NCBI GenBank assembly: GCA_012270065.1
Contig: JAAXJB010000118.1
Location: 7,983-71,982, forward strand
DNA length: 64,000 bases
Reading direction: 5' to 3'
Source of the DNA: Rubripirellula sp.
GTDB taxonomy: Bacteria; Planctomycetota; Planctomycetia; Pirellulales; Pirellulaceae
Made by a program: the position numbers and the translations under genes. Positions 1-10,409 of this stretch are shown here, piece after piece (position 1 is the stretch's first letter; every line of letters starts with the position of its first letter). A model generated the notes under the pieces. It had not been told where the DNA came from. It did no database searches and saw only the letters and a list, made by a program, of their open reading frames with translations.

Positions 1-533
1 GCATTCACACGATGACACAGGTCGATTTACCTCGCAGTGATACATGTTTTGTTCTACCGCTGAGTGAGATTAGCAGCTTTTGTAAAGCAGTACTTTTGAG
101 CATCGTTCAGGATCTGGCGGAAGGCCGGGACTTGCTGTGAGACTTTAACTTTGGTGATTTTCACCAAAGGTCTTGATAGGTGGCCAATTCTTCCATTTTC
201 AGGGGCGCGAAATTAACTCGGAATGATAATGGTTTTCTTCAGCCCGCCTTTTGTTCAGCGAGTCAGAGAATAAACAGGGTAATCGTAGCAGCAACAGGGC
301 ATACGAGTTGAAGCGGCGGCGTTTGCGAGAACCAGCTGCTTGAAGATGGTGGGAGATACCGCATCAGACAAGAGACGGCTACCAGGCTGACTCCAAAGCT
401 CCCCGAGCCGCAGGGTAGCAGAGCAGCGGAAAAAGGCGGGTGTTTGCAATGATGGGGATCCTGCCACAGCATGTGGGCCTTACGTCAAATCCTTGGTTGC
501 ACAGCGAAGCAACGCCAGACTGCGACTCAAACG

Positions 534-575
534 AAAAAAGGCTCGCAATTCTCTATTGAACTGCGAGCCTTGTTT
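534..575 (-). terminator. Rho-independent terminator downstream of tRNA-Pro
   Basis: Inverted repeat AGGCTCGCA...TGCGAGCCT, followed on the minus strand by TTTTTT, a few nt 3' of the tRNA. Confidence 0.8.
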
Positions 576-580
576 CAAAG

Positions 581-655
<75 letters not shown>

Positions 656-1168
656 ATTCGCTGCGGACGAAAATCATCGACAAAACGCCGTTAAAAAGGC
701 GTTTCACTGAAAATTCTCAAATCCAGCGAGGCAGTAGGGTAGCGGACAAATCAAAATCGCGAAAGGTTCAGTCGACCGTTTTTTTCGCCGTCCGTCGAGA
801 ACGCCCCAAATCCCCGTGACTCACCAGTCCCACAGCACGCGAAAAGGCATTTTTAGCTGCAAATCCCCGGTTCTAGCCCCCCGGAAGCAGATCCGTCATC
901 GAGCAGAAAACCTTCTCGTGTTGCAATTTCTGCCGTACTCAAACCCCCAGCTGCCTTGCGGGGGTTCACGCCCTGAATCCTTGCATGAGCCGCTTGGATC
1001 GGCCAATTTCCGACAAGCCGCAGGAAGATCAGCCCCAAAATGAATGGGGAGCCGGCGTTTTTTTCGATCAGCCACCCGTGATACTGCAGCGTCAATCATC
1101 TCAACCAGCACGCAGAAAATCGGGCAAGACGCACTGCAGACCGCAAGGCCGATGTGGCGGCCCCGCAG

Positions 1169-2854
1169 TCAAAACGAAAGGATTGTCAGAATGAAAGGAA
1201 CCAGCGAACCGATCAGCAAGGCAACACACACCAGAGTCATGGTGGCGGATCGCCAACCTGATTTCCGGGAGACAAAAAAGCCAAAAATCAGGGGCATCAA
1301 AGGATACACCAGCAAATTCAATAGCCCCCATTTCGCGCTAACACGAAACCCAGCGATGCCCGACCAGATCAAGGCGATCAAATTCAAGCAACCAGCAAAC
1401 AGAAGCACAAAACCCCAAAAGAAGAAAACGACGAACATCCCCGGGTCGACTCCAGAATTGAAGTCGTTCATTTGCCCCTCTGAATTTCCATCGAGCTGAT
1501 CACGAACGGAAACGCGCCGTTCACGCACGAATTCCGTGAGCGAATAGCCTTGATCACTCTTTTGCCTGCCTTTGACAGCAGCATCCATTCTCACCCTTTC
1601 GTCTTCAGACAAACCTGGACGCACAATCGCTGACATGTCATCCACGCAACCGAGCCATTTCTGCTCCGCAAAAACCGTATCCAGAAGTTGATCCACTTTG
1701 GCCAGATAAGCCTCGTTTATCCGAGGCATATCCAACATCCGTTCAATGAGCCGATTACTGCCAACGCCAACCTGAGGTTGCTTCACACTGTGTTGCAAAC
1801 GTGACTCGGGTGTCCCAACAATTTCAAGCGAACCAAACGAGTGATCCAGATCCCATGGTATCAGTAACACCTTGTTCGTTTCTGGACAAAGGTACGCATA
1901 GTAGTTCTGGCTTCCTCCCAGAAAACTATCCAAATTTGACAAGATGGTGTTGACTGCGAGGAAAGTCAAAAAGTTATCGATGTCTAAATAACTCTCAATC
2001 CCATTTTCAAAATCTTCCCGGTCGCTCAGGTGAATCAACCTTGCAAAGTCAATGATCCGCTGCTGTTGCTCGGGACTCGCTTTTGTTTTCGGATTGTAGA
2101 ATGGTTCATAGTCTTCCCAATCTTCGCCGAGATAGGGAAAAGCAGTGAAAGCACTCGGCTTCACAAGCAACCCAGCCGACTCCCCAAAAGCCCGCTTCAG
2201 GAACTGCTTGTCAACTTGCTCGACGACGAGGTAAAGTCCGTTCCGTTTCTTACGCCCATCGACATCCGTTTCTACCGAAGCCCATCCTGTCTGTGGACAG
2301 GGGACTCCCGCGTCCCGGAACAAACGATACGACACTGCCTCACGCAGCATCGATGGGTCAGCAGCGCAACTTTGCAAATTGACTTTTTTCAATCCTTTGA
2401 ATTCCAAATCATCCTGATACTCATTGAAGTCAATTTTGAATGAAAACTTCGCGAACGCGCGTCCGCTCAGAAAACTTCCATTTCCCTTGTAACGCACCCC
2501 GACACCGGCGACCGTTTCCCCGTCGATGACCACATCGGCCTTGCCATATTGATGATTCAAGCCAAGGTAACCACCCAGCCCAGGCCGGTTTTCTTCGCCC
2601 GAACGAAACGCCTTTCCTTCGCTCGCATCCGAAATGACCTCGCCAAATGCTCGCCCCACATCCCAGTCCAAATCGTCTGGTGGCTGCAATCTGGCCCACT
2701 CCTGCCGGCTGAAATGCAAGCTGATTTCAGATACCCGATCCGGGCGAAAAAGCGGGTTGGAACTCGGCTCGGATTGGGCAACTGCCTTTGCCGGCAGCAT
2801 CCATAACAATGGAGCTACGTAACAGCAAAACAACAGGACGCGAAAAATCATCAT
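1169..2854 (-). CDS. CotH family atypical protein kinase with N-terminal signal peptide and C-terminal membrane helices
   Basis: Motifs GVRYKGNGS, SFKIDF, GLYLVVEQVD, NLDS, NYYAY, LIPWDLDHSFG; about 3 hydrophobic helices in the last ~90 aa. Confidence 0.85.
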   Translation of the reverse strand: MMIFRVLLFCCYVAPLLWMLPAKAVAQSEPSSNPLFRPDRVSEISLHFSRQEWARLQPPDDLDWDVGRAFGEVISDASEGKAFRSGEENRPGLGGYLGLNHQYGKADVVIDGETVAGVGVRYKGNGSFLSGRAFAKFSFKIDFNEYQDDLEFKGLKKVNLQSCAADPSMLREAVSYRLFRDAGVPCPQTGWASVETDVDGRKKRNGLYLVVEQVDKQFLKRAFGESAGLLVKPSAFTAFPYLGEDWEDYEPFYNPKTKASPEQQQRIIDFARLIHLSDREDFENGIESYLDIDNFLTFLAVNTILSNLDSFLGGSQNYYAYLCPETNKVLLIPWDLDHSFGSLEIVGTPESRLQHSVKQPQVGVGSNRLIERMLDMPRINEAYLAKVDQLLDTVFAEQKWLGCVDDMSAIVRPGLSEDERVRMDAAVKGRQKSDQGYSLTEFVRERRVSVRDQLDGNSEGQMNDFNSGVDPGMFVVFFFWGFVLLFAGCLNLIALIWSGIAGFRVSAKWGLLNLLVYPLMPLIFGFFVSRKSGWRSATMTLVCVALLIGSLVPFILTILSF

Positions 2855-3160
2855 AAGAATTTACCCAAATTGACCCGGCAAGATTGTTCTGTCTGTGAGC
2901 CTCTGGGTCAACGTACTCGGTGTATTAATGTGTATCCAATGCCCAAGCCATCTACCTCAAGCACCATGGTCGTCATCACAAACAATTCTCAGCCCCAGGC
3001 GTTCTTGTCCCTCTTGCCATTCGTCCGGCTCCATTGAACATCCAAGTGTTCACCGCTGGACGTCTCCCACTGATACTGAATGACTTTTGCACACTTTGCC
3101 GGGGTACGATTCGATCAGGCAGGAAACCATGTGGATTTGATCCGCTCTACACGTAACCCT

Positions 3161-3248
3161 GGCCTGAGCACAGTGTCTAGCCTGAGCACTGCGTCTAGCA
3201 TCAGCACTGCGTCTAGCATCAGCACTGCGTCTAGCATCAGCACTGCGT
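3161..3248. repeat. Intergenic tandem repeat, 18 bp x ~5 (consensus AGCATCAGCACTGCGTCT)
   Basis: Units read directly at 3161, 3179, 3197, 3215 and 3233; the left two are degenerate. Confidence 0.95.
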
Positions 3249-3360
3249 GATGGAATATAAGTAATCGACATTCAAGCTCGAGAGCATCCACGATTGCCCC
3301 TTGTCGGGCTTTTACGGTGTCTCCCGAAGCAAGCTGCCACCGCCCCAGGAAACCAACTCG

Positions 3361-4797
3361 ATGACAATCCCCCGGCACCACCACTGGATTGGCGGAACCA
3401 TGACTGGTTCCGATGACGGTGAGTTTTTCCCCGATCTTAATCCGATGGATGACTCACTTTATGCGTATTGCGCATGCGGCACAGAAACAGACATTGACGT
3501 GGCCGTGCAGGCAGCTCACGCAAGTTTTGCACGGTACCGGCATTCACTGCCCAAACAACGGGAAGCATGGTTACTTCGTGCAGCTGAGCTACTGGAGTCG
3601 CAGGCGGACACCTTCGTCGACGTGCTGGTGGACGAGATCGGCTCGCCCCTGCTGAAAGCTCAAAGAGAAATTGAAACTTCCGTCGGCATTCTGAGGTCTG
3701 CGGCCGGTGCCACACGCCAATTGACAGGCAAGACTCTTCCGACAGACACCACTGGACGCCTGAGCATCAGTACTCGCCAACCCCTTGGCGTCATTGCTGG
3801 CATCAGCCCCTTCAATGTGCCGCTGATCAAAAACATCAAGCACTCAGCCATGCCGTTGGCCACAGGCAATACCGTGGTTCTGTTGCCGTCGGAACATGCG
3901 CCAGTGACTGCCATGAAAGTAGCAAACCTGTATGCAGAAGCCGGATTTCCGGATGGCGTCTTCAACGTCGTGACCGGCTTTGGTGCTGACATCGGTGATT
4001 CATTGACTTGCCACCCTTTGGTCCGAATGGTTGGCTTCACCGGATCGAACCGGGTTGGCCGGCACATCAGTGCGTTGTGTGGCAAACATACCAAACGCTA
4101 CTGTCTGGAAATGGGCGGAAAGAATCCTCTGATCATTCTGAAAGATGCAGAAATCAACCCGGCAGTTCAGGCCAGCATCGTCGGTGCTTTTCTCTACCAG
4201 GGTCAGATCTGCATGGCGGCAAGTCGAATCTATGTTGAAACAGCAATCCAGGAAGAATTCCAGAGCAGGTTCATTGCAGCTGCACAGAAACTTGGCATGG
4301 GTGACCTTCGAGATCCGGCAACCATGATCGGACCGATCATTCACGAAGGGCAAAGAAACCGGATTCGTGAACACGTCGCTGATGCTGTCAGCAAAGGTGC
4401 AAAGATCCTCTGCGGTGGGAACTGGCGCGAAAATCGATTCGAACCCACCGTACTGACGGACGTCCGGGACGACATGCTGATCAGTCACGAAGAAACATTC
4501 GGCCCAGTCACCACCATTCACTCCGTGGACACCGCAGATGATGCATTGAAACTTGCCAATCAATCACGTCATGGTTTGAGTGCTTCGGTCTACACCAGCA
4601 ACCTCAGCCAAGCCATGCGATTCGCCGATGAACTCGAGGCGGGAATGGTGCATATCAACGGAACCACGATTCAGGATGAACCTCATGTTCCCTTTGGCGG
4701 TGTTGGCGACAGCGGATTCGGACGAGAAAGCACGGACCCGGACCTTTCCGAGTTTACCGAGTGGAAATGGGTAACCATCCAGCATCAGCAGCATTGA
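3361..4797 (+). CDS. Aldehyde dehydrogenase (vanillin/benzaldehyde dehydrogenase-like)
   Basis: ISPFNVP, GFTGS, LEMGGKNP (catalytic Glu), QGQICMA (catalytic Cys), EETFGP, PFGGVGDSGFGRE; ATG 3361 preferred over TTG 3301. Confidence 0.92.
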   Translation: MTIPRHHHWIGGTMTGSDDGEFFPDLNPMDDSLYAYCACGTETDIDVAVQAAHASFARYRHSLPKQREAWLLRAAELLESQADTFVDVLVDEIGSPLLKAQREIETSVGILRSAAGATRQLTGKTLPTDTTGRLSISTRQPLGVIAGISPFNVPLIKNIKHSAMPLATGNTVVLLPSEHAPVTAMKVANLYAEAGFPDGVFNVVTGFGADIGDSLTCHPLVRMVGFTGSNRVGRHISALCGKHTKRYCLEMGGKNPLIILKDAEINPAVQASIVGAFLYQGQICMAASRIYVETAIQEEFQSRFIAAAQKLGMGDLRDPATMIGPIIHEGQRNRIREHVADAVSKGAKILCGGNWRENRFEPTVLTDVRDDMLISHEETFGPVTTIHSVDTADDALKLANQSRHGLSASVYTSNLSQAMRFADELEAGMVHINGTTIQDEPHVPFGGVGDSGFGRESTDPDLSEFTEWKWVTIQHQQH

Positions 4798-4815
4798 TGG
4801 AAAGCAAATGCGACG

Positions 4816-7800
4816 TCACTGGTCTTCACCAGAGACACGTGGCAACCAGACACGCATTCTTCCAACGCCCCGATTCGAATACAGATAGTACGGAATCAAT
4901 GTCAGATTTCCCGTCTGCTGATCAGTATCCTGCTCCATTTCGACAAGCGTAACAGCACCTCCCAACAAATCGTCATTCCACTCTGCCTTCAGTTCGGCAG
5001 AATCAGAAAGCTGCCATGATGATGCATCACGCTGGTTGTCTTTGAATTCGGCGCAATACACCAGCGGCCCACGTTCGACAGCCACCAGCCCCTTGTCGGC
5101 AGTAGCACGTGGGTGTGCCAGCACTTTGCGAACTGGCATCGGGATCATCAAATGAATCACATCTTCTTTTTTCCAGACCCGCCGGATCGAAACATAGCCT
5201 TCACGGATTTCCACTGGCATTGGACGATCATTGATCGAGAGGCTGACTGAAGAGTTGACCGAGTCGAGATAGTCATACAGATTACTTGGCACCGGTTGGT
5301 TGCGTGCCCAGCCAGGAATACGCAATTTCATTTCAAATTCGGCATCCTGATCCGGATTGACCTCAATCCGAATGTCCCCATCCCACGGGTAACGCGTCTG
5401 CTGTGTCAGCAAAATCCTGTTGTCTCCCAGCGTCACCTCGGCACGACTATCGAGATACTGATTCACACGGATCACATCTTCCCTGAGGCTGTAAGCGTAC
5501 CCACCGATAGATGAAATGACCCGGACGAGATTTGACGGGCAGCAAGCACAGTCATGTCCGGGCCATGGCCAACGCTGGCGCCCCCCTGTTTCCAGTGGGT
5601 TCGTGTAATAATGCCGGTCGCCTTCGGCAGACAGAGCGCTCAGCATGTTGTTGTAAAAAGTCCGTTCAATCAGATCAGCGTACTTGCTTTCACCGGTCAG
5701 CAGGTGAAGCCGATGGTTCCACATTGCAAATGCGATTCCGGAGCATGTTTCGGCATAGCAGCCATTCCCGAGTTCATAGTCTCCGGCAAAGCCTTCGGGA
5801 CCTCCTGGTTGACCGAGTCCTCCGGTCAAGTACATCTTGCGACTCGTGACATTGTCCCAGATTCTGAATAGAGCGTTTGCGTAGGCTTCGTCGTGTTCGA
5901 GTCTGGCAATGTCGGTCGCAGCACAGTAGAGATAACCAGCCCTGACGGAATGTCCTACGCCGTTTTCCTGTTCCACAAAACGCTTGTGATCCTGGCTATA
6001 CGTACCATAACGGCGAAGTCTGTCTTTCTTGCCACGCTGGTCGATGAAAAAGCGTGCCGTTGCCAGATAGCGTTTCTCACCAGTCGCGTCGTACAAGCGA
6101 AACAAAGCCAATTCGATTTCCTGATGCCCCGGTGCGTCTCCACGCCCTGAAGGTCCAAAGGTATCACAGATCAGATCAGCAAAACGGATGGCGACATCGA
6201 GTAATTTCCTTTTTCCGGTGGCCCGCTCATATGCGATCGCGGCTTCAATCAAATGCCCCGCGCAGTAAAGCTCATGCATGCTTCCAACATTTGACCAGCG
6301 CGCCTGGGGTCTTCGCTCTGGCAGGGAATAGAATGTGAACAGATAGCCGTCATCCCACTGCGCCCCTGCAATCAAATCAATCACACGATCCGTGTAGGCT
6401 TCCAATTCGGGATCCGGATGATTCTGCAAAGAATTTGCAGTTCCTTCGATGATCTTGTAGACATCAGAATCATTGAAAAATGTGCCTGTGAATCCACCCT
6501 GCATCAATCCGGCTGCTTTTGCGAAGTTGTCCAGTCGCCGTGAATCTTCACCATTGGCCTTGGTCGATGATTCGCAACGCCCCCAGACATGCGGCAAACT
6601 GACTTCACGATTCACGTTCATCCGTTCCCGCCAGATACCCCCGGTCACAGTCACTTGATCAAAGGGGACGGGATCCACAAATCGCGTTGGGTCGATGTAT
6701 CGTGGCCAGACTGCCGTTTGAATGGAGGGACTCAGAGTCTGTTCGCTCGGATCAGTTTCTGAAACCTGGTATTCGACGGACAAGTCGTCGACCAGCAACT
6801 TTCCTTCCCCCTGAATACCGATCGCCAATCGGTTGATATGGTCCAGCCTCAGACTGGGATTGGATCGAAGAAACGAACGCAAATCCACGTCCCATCGCAC
6901 CCATTGGTCTGCCAAATCCGACAGATCTCCTGAATATTCAACCTGAGCCCGCTTCGACCCCCAATCGCCGTCTTCACAGGCCAACCAAAGCTTCGAAAGA
7001 TGGGCACCGGAATCAGTCCGCAGGTAAAGCCGCAAGGAACGGAAGTTGTAGGTTGAACTCTGCCAATCCTGCTTCTGATCAAAAGTGAACGATGTCTCCA
7101 CCGCCTGTCGACCGATCGCGGTCAGCCCCAGTGACTTGCCAGCCCGTTCACCGCGGCCAGTTTCCAGACTGACGGTTCCATTTCCGGTCACTTTCCAACG
7201 CGTCATCAGTTCTTCGCTGGAATCAAACGAATCAAAGTCGGCCAAGGTCCGATCGTAGGTGGTGAAACGCGAAACTTCCCCAACCTGCACTCCCTCGGGC
7301 GTTACCGCGTCAACTCGCCAATGATAAACACAAGCATCATCGAGCCCCTCGAGATTATGCTGCATGACATCGGCAGAAAACCGACCACGGTACACACCTC
7401 TGGGTGAGGTTGGGTTCGCCGCGCTGACATCATCACTCGAGGTTCCAAAATAAAGATCATGGTGAGTCGCGTTGTGCCCCGGAATCCACTGCAAAGCCAG
7501 TTGTGGAGGTAAGCCGACAGATCGATGCTGTGGTGCAAGCAATCTCGCCTGCTTGACCGGTGCGTTCAATTCCAGGGAAAAATCATCGTAACTCACCTGC
7601 CCCTGCTGATCACTGTAGGTTGCCTGAAACAGCCCGACCTGAAGCGGCACATTGACAAGGTCATTTCGCTGAAATGGGGATCCATTGAGTTCCTGCCACT
7701 TCACGCCATCTGCACTGTGTCTGAGAAAAAAGAGATTTCCTTTCCGTTCCATTTGCAGGTAACGATCAGCATTTTTCCCCTGCCCGTTACTGCCCTTCTC

Positions 7801-8292
7801 TGAACGGCGGCCATTGTCGGCCATCCGCGCGTAAATTCCGCCATAAATCGGAAAGTAATCAACACTGATCCAATCTTCTCCCCGCCCCGCATCAGAGTCG
7901 CTTGCCACCCGGGCCATGATCCCACCGTTGTTGTAGGAGACGGATTCATAGTCTGCGACCTGAACGGTGGCCTTGAAATCCGTCGTCACGGTTTTGTAAA
8001 TCAACGGCCCAAGTGGGTTCCATGCTTCCTGATAACGTCCTCTGGTGGACTGCAAATGGAGTAATCCATCTGCAACCTCGATACGGTCAGCGGTCTCACG
8101 CTCAGCTGCGCCAAGAAATCCATCCCACCCGGAAGCCGCCACACCGTCTCTGAGAAAGTTGTGAGGTGTTTCGAACTGGTCCGCAAACGTTTCCTGCTGA
8201 GCATGCAAGGTTTTCCCCTGAAAGCTGGCACCACAAAGTGTCGTCAGAAGCACAAGTCGTATCACGTTGATGCATGAGCGGGACATTGGCAT
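4816..8292 (-). CDS. Secreted multimodular glycoside hydrolase family 127 (beta-L-arabinofuranosidase-like) with N-terminal lectin/CBM-like modules
   Basis: GH127 motifs HELYCAGHLIEAA, GHQEIELAL, GHSVRAGYLY, YAETCSGIA, CACCPSN, ERGPLVYC; signal-like N-terminus; start uncertain (8328/8304/8292/8286). Confidence 0.9.
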   Translation of the reverse strand: MPMSRSCINVIRLVLLTTLCGASFQGKTLHAQQETFADQFETPHNFLRDGVAASGWDGFLGAAERETADRIEVADGLLHLQSTRGRYQEAWNPLGPLIYKTVTTDFKATVQVADYESVSYNNGGIMARVASDSDAGRGEDWISVDYFPIYGGIYARMADNGRRSEKGSNGQGKNADRYLQMERKGNLFFLRHSADGVKWQELNGSPFQRNDLVNVPLQVGLFQATYSDQQGQVSYDDFSLELNAPVKQARLLAPQHRSVGLPPQLALQWIPGHNATHHDLYFGTSSDDVSAANPTSPRGVYRGRFSADVMQHNLEGLDDACVYHWRVDAVTPEGVQVGEVSRFTTYDRTLADFDSFDSSEELMTRWKVTGNGTVSLETGRGERAGKSLGLTAIGRQAVETSFTFDQKQDWQSSTYNFRSLRLYLRTDSGAHLSKLWLACEDGDWGSKRAQVEYSGDLSDLADQWVRWDVDLRSFLRSNPSLRLDHINRLAIGIQGEGKLLVDDLSVEYQVSETDPSEQTLSPSIQTAVWPRYIDPTRFVDPVPFDQVTVTGGIWRERMNVNREVSLPHVWGRCESSTKANGEDSRRLDNFAKAAGLMQGGFTGTFFNDSDVYKIIEGTANSLQNHPDPELEAYTDRVIDLIAGAQWDDGYLFTFYSLPERRPQARWSNVGSMHELYCAGHLIEAAIAYERATGKRKLLDVAIRFADLICDTFGPSGRGDAPGHQEIELALFRLYDATGEKRYLATARFFIDQRGKKDRLRRYGTYSQDHKRFVEQENGVGHSVRAGYLYCAATDIARLEHDEAYANALFRIWDNVTSRKMYLTGGLGQPGGPEGFAGDYELGNGCYAETCSGIAFAMWNHRLHLLTGESKYADLIERTFYNNMLSALSAEGDRHYYTNPLETGGRQRWPWPGHDCACCPSNLVRVISSIGGYAYSLREDVIRVNQYLDSRAEVTLGDNRILLTQQTRYPWDGDIRIEVNPDQDAEFEMKLRIPGWARNQPVPSNLYDYLDSVNSSVSLSINDRPMPVEIREGYVSIRRVWKKEDVIHLMIPMPVRKVLAHPRATADKGLVAVERGPLVYCAEFKDNQRDASSWQLSDSAELKAEWNDDLLGGAVTLVEMEQDTDQQTGNLTLIPYYLYSNRGVGRMRVWLPRVSGEDQ

Positions 8293-8504
8293 GGAAGACT
8301 TCATTCCAAAACAGGGAAGCGAGTGCAAAACGCCGGAAAGAAAGAGGTTGACGGATCAATTACGACCGGCCCATCACGGAAACCCTGATTCTACCGTGAA
8401 TTCGGTTCAAGCGGTTGATCAAGAAGAAGACCAACAACAATGGTAACGCTGCCTTGAGATCGGCCAGTCAATGGCAAAACGAACCGCTTGACTCAGATCG
8501 AGGT

Positions 8505-9641
8505 TTACAGGTCTCTGGAAAAGACGCGATACACCTTTTCACGATTGCAACCTGCCGACTCCATGATTCCCCGCATGGGCAGATTCGTCTCGAGAATCCA
8601 TGACATTTCACACAGCTTTGCCCCGGGTGGCAGATGCTCCTGTCGCACGGTCTCAATCAGCGCCAATGCCATGGCTGCCCCGACTCTTTTTCGTTGGAAC
8701 TTCTTTCGCACCCCCATCAAGGGCACGCGCACGGTCTGACAGTTGGAAAACCTGAATCTTTTGAGCAGCCGCAACCATCCGAATGGCAACAGACGACCAT
8801 TGAGATCGCGGATATATTCGTTGACATCGGGAAGCAAGACAATAAACCCTGCGAGTTCATCATCAATGTCACAAAGCAGGACTGCTCCACGGTCAAGCAC
8901 CTGTCGCATCTGCTTGATCAAATGATCAACTTCGGCATCGGTGGGTGGCACATAACCCCAGTTGTCACACCAGGCATCACGGAAAAGATCGAGCACTTTT
9001 CGCAGCTCACGATCATGGTCTTTTCCGGGAACCGCCCGAATACGCATGTTCATGTTGCTGGACGCCCATTTGATAAGCCGCTCGATGCGATCGCTGAATG
9101 CCTCCCCAACCGGTTTGCTGTAGGCAAACAGATCGATTTCCTTGCTGAATCCTGCCTGCTCGACAAGCTTCTGATAATACGGCAGATGGTGTCCCATCAT
9201 GACACACGGCGAGCGTTCGAACCCCTCGACCAGCATTCCAATTTCGTCATTGATTGATAAATCAATTGGCCCCATCACACGCTGCATGTTGCGTTTGCGA
9301 AGCCACTCCGCTCCAGCCTCGAACAGAGCATCAGCTGTCTCTTGCCGGTCTTCACATTCAAACATCCCAAAATGTCCGGTGCCCGCCTGCTGATACTGTT
9401 GAACCAACTGGCAAACCTGAGCCGAGACACGACCCACGGGCTGCCCATCCCTTTCGGCAATGAAAAACGCTGCTTCTGCGTGCTCAAAATAGGGGTTTCG
9501 TCGAGGTGAAAGACGTTCCTTGACTTGCTGCAGCAGCGGGGGCACCCACGCAGGATCATCTCTGTACAACGTCCAGGGAACGCGGATGAACCTCTTCAAA
9601 TCGCGAGCCCCATCAACTTGCTTCAGAATCAGATTTGTCAT
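8505..9641 (-). CDS. GNAT-fold N-acyltransferase (YghO-like / bacterial ceramide synthase-like family)
   Basis: LYRDDPAWVPPL, NPYFEH, GRVSAQ, GHFGMFEC, GPIDLSIN, EMSWILETNLPM, KVYRVF; ATG 9641 preferred over 9689. Confidence 0.8.
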   Translation of the reverse strand: MTNLILKQVDGARDLKRFIRVPWTLYRDDPAWVPPLLQQVKERLSPRRNPYFEHAEAAFFIAERDGQPVGRVSAQVCQLVQQYQQAGTGHFGMFECEDRQETADALFEAGAEWLRKRNMQRVMGPIDLSINDEIGMLVEGFERSPCVMMGHHLPYYQKLVEQAGFSKEIDLFAYSKPVGEAFSDRIERLIKWASSNMNMRIRAVPGKDHDRELRKVLDLFRDAWCDNWGYVPPTDAEVDHLIKQMRQVLDRGAVLLCDIDDELAGFIVLLPDVNEYIRDLNGRLLPFGWLRLLKRFRFSNCQTVRVPLMGVRKKFQRKRVGAAMALALIETVRQEHLPPGAKLCEMSWILETNLPMRGIMESAGCNREKVYRVFSRDL

Positions 9642-10409
9642 GAAGCCAGAGTCCGTTCCGTCTTGAATGTAGTCAACCAGCACTGCCAAGAGGCAACGGT
9701 CGGTACCAAGTCACTGGAGTCCCGATGGCCGGTACCTGGAACGTCAGAAAATGTCTCACACAATTCGAACAAGTGACTATCTGATAATCTGGTGATCACA
9801 AAAATTGACGACTCCGGGATCAGGATCCGTCAGCATGCTGAGCAAGGGATGATACCGGTTTCCAATCAATCGTGAAAACCTCATCCGGCTGAACCGTGTG
9901 GCGATCTTCGATTCTACACCAGCACAATCCAATTGCTGTGAGTGAGTGTAACGTGTCGCACCTTCATGACACCAGTGAATTCATGATCAAAAGCAGAGGA
10001 AGGCATTTGAGCTTTTTACCGGGACCCAGAGGACGAGCCGTTCTGATCGATCGGCGCTCACTCATGTCATCGCCGGCAAGGGAGCAACAGCTTCACTGGC
10101 TCCGGTGCACAATCACCGGAATTTAACGAAAAAACAGTGCAATCCCCCTCTCTGGTGGAATCACCGGATCTTCGGACCAATGGGCACCGGGTTGCGACAC
10201 TGAGCCAGAAGATCAGAAAATCGGAAGCTGGAACTCTGGCGTCGGGGTCATTGCCTGATTGCCTCTGCCTGCCGATGTCCAACTGCTGATGCCCATGACT
10301 GGATTCGCCTTGACCAGCACACTGCGGCTATATTCTTCTTTCCTGCGGCAGGTGGCTGGCTGCAGCTCAATCCGCGCCCAGCAATGCACCATTTGAACAG
10401 ACTGTCCGC

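Noticed and set aside
255-472. Small minus-strand ORFs of 69-70 aa
   Set aside because: No recognisable motif or ribosome-binding site, and two overlapping frames are equally unconvincing.
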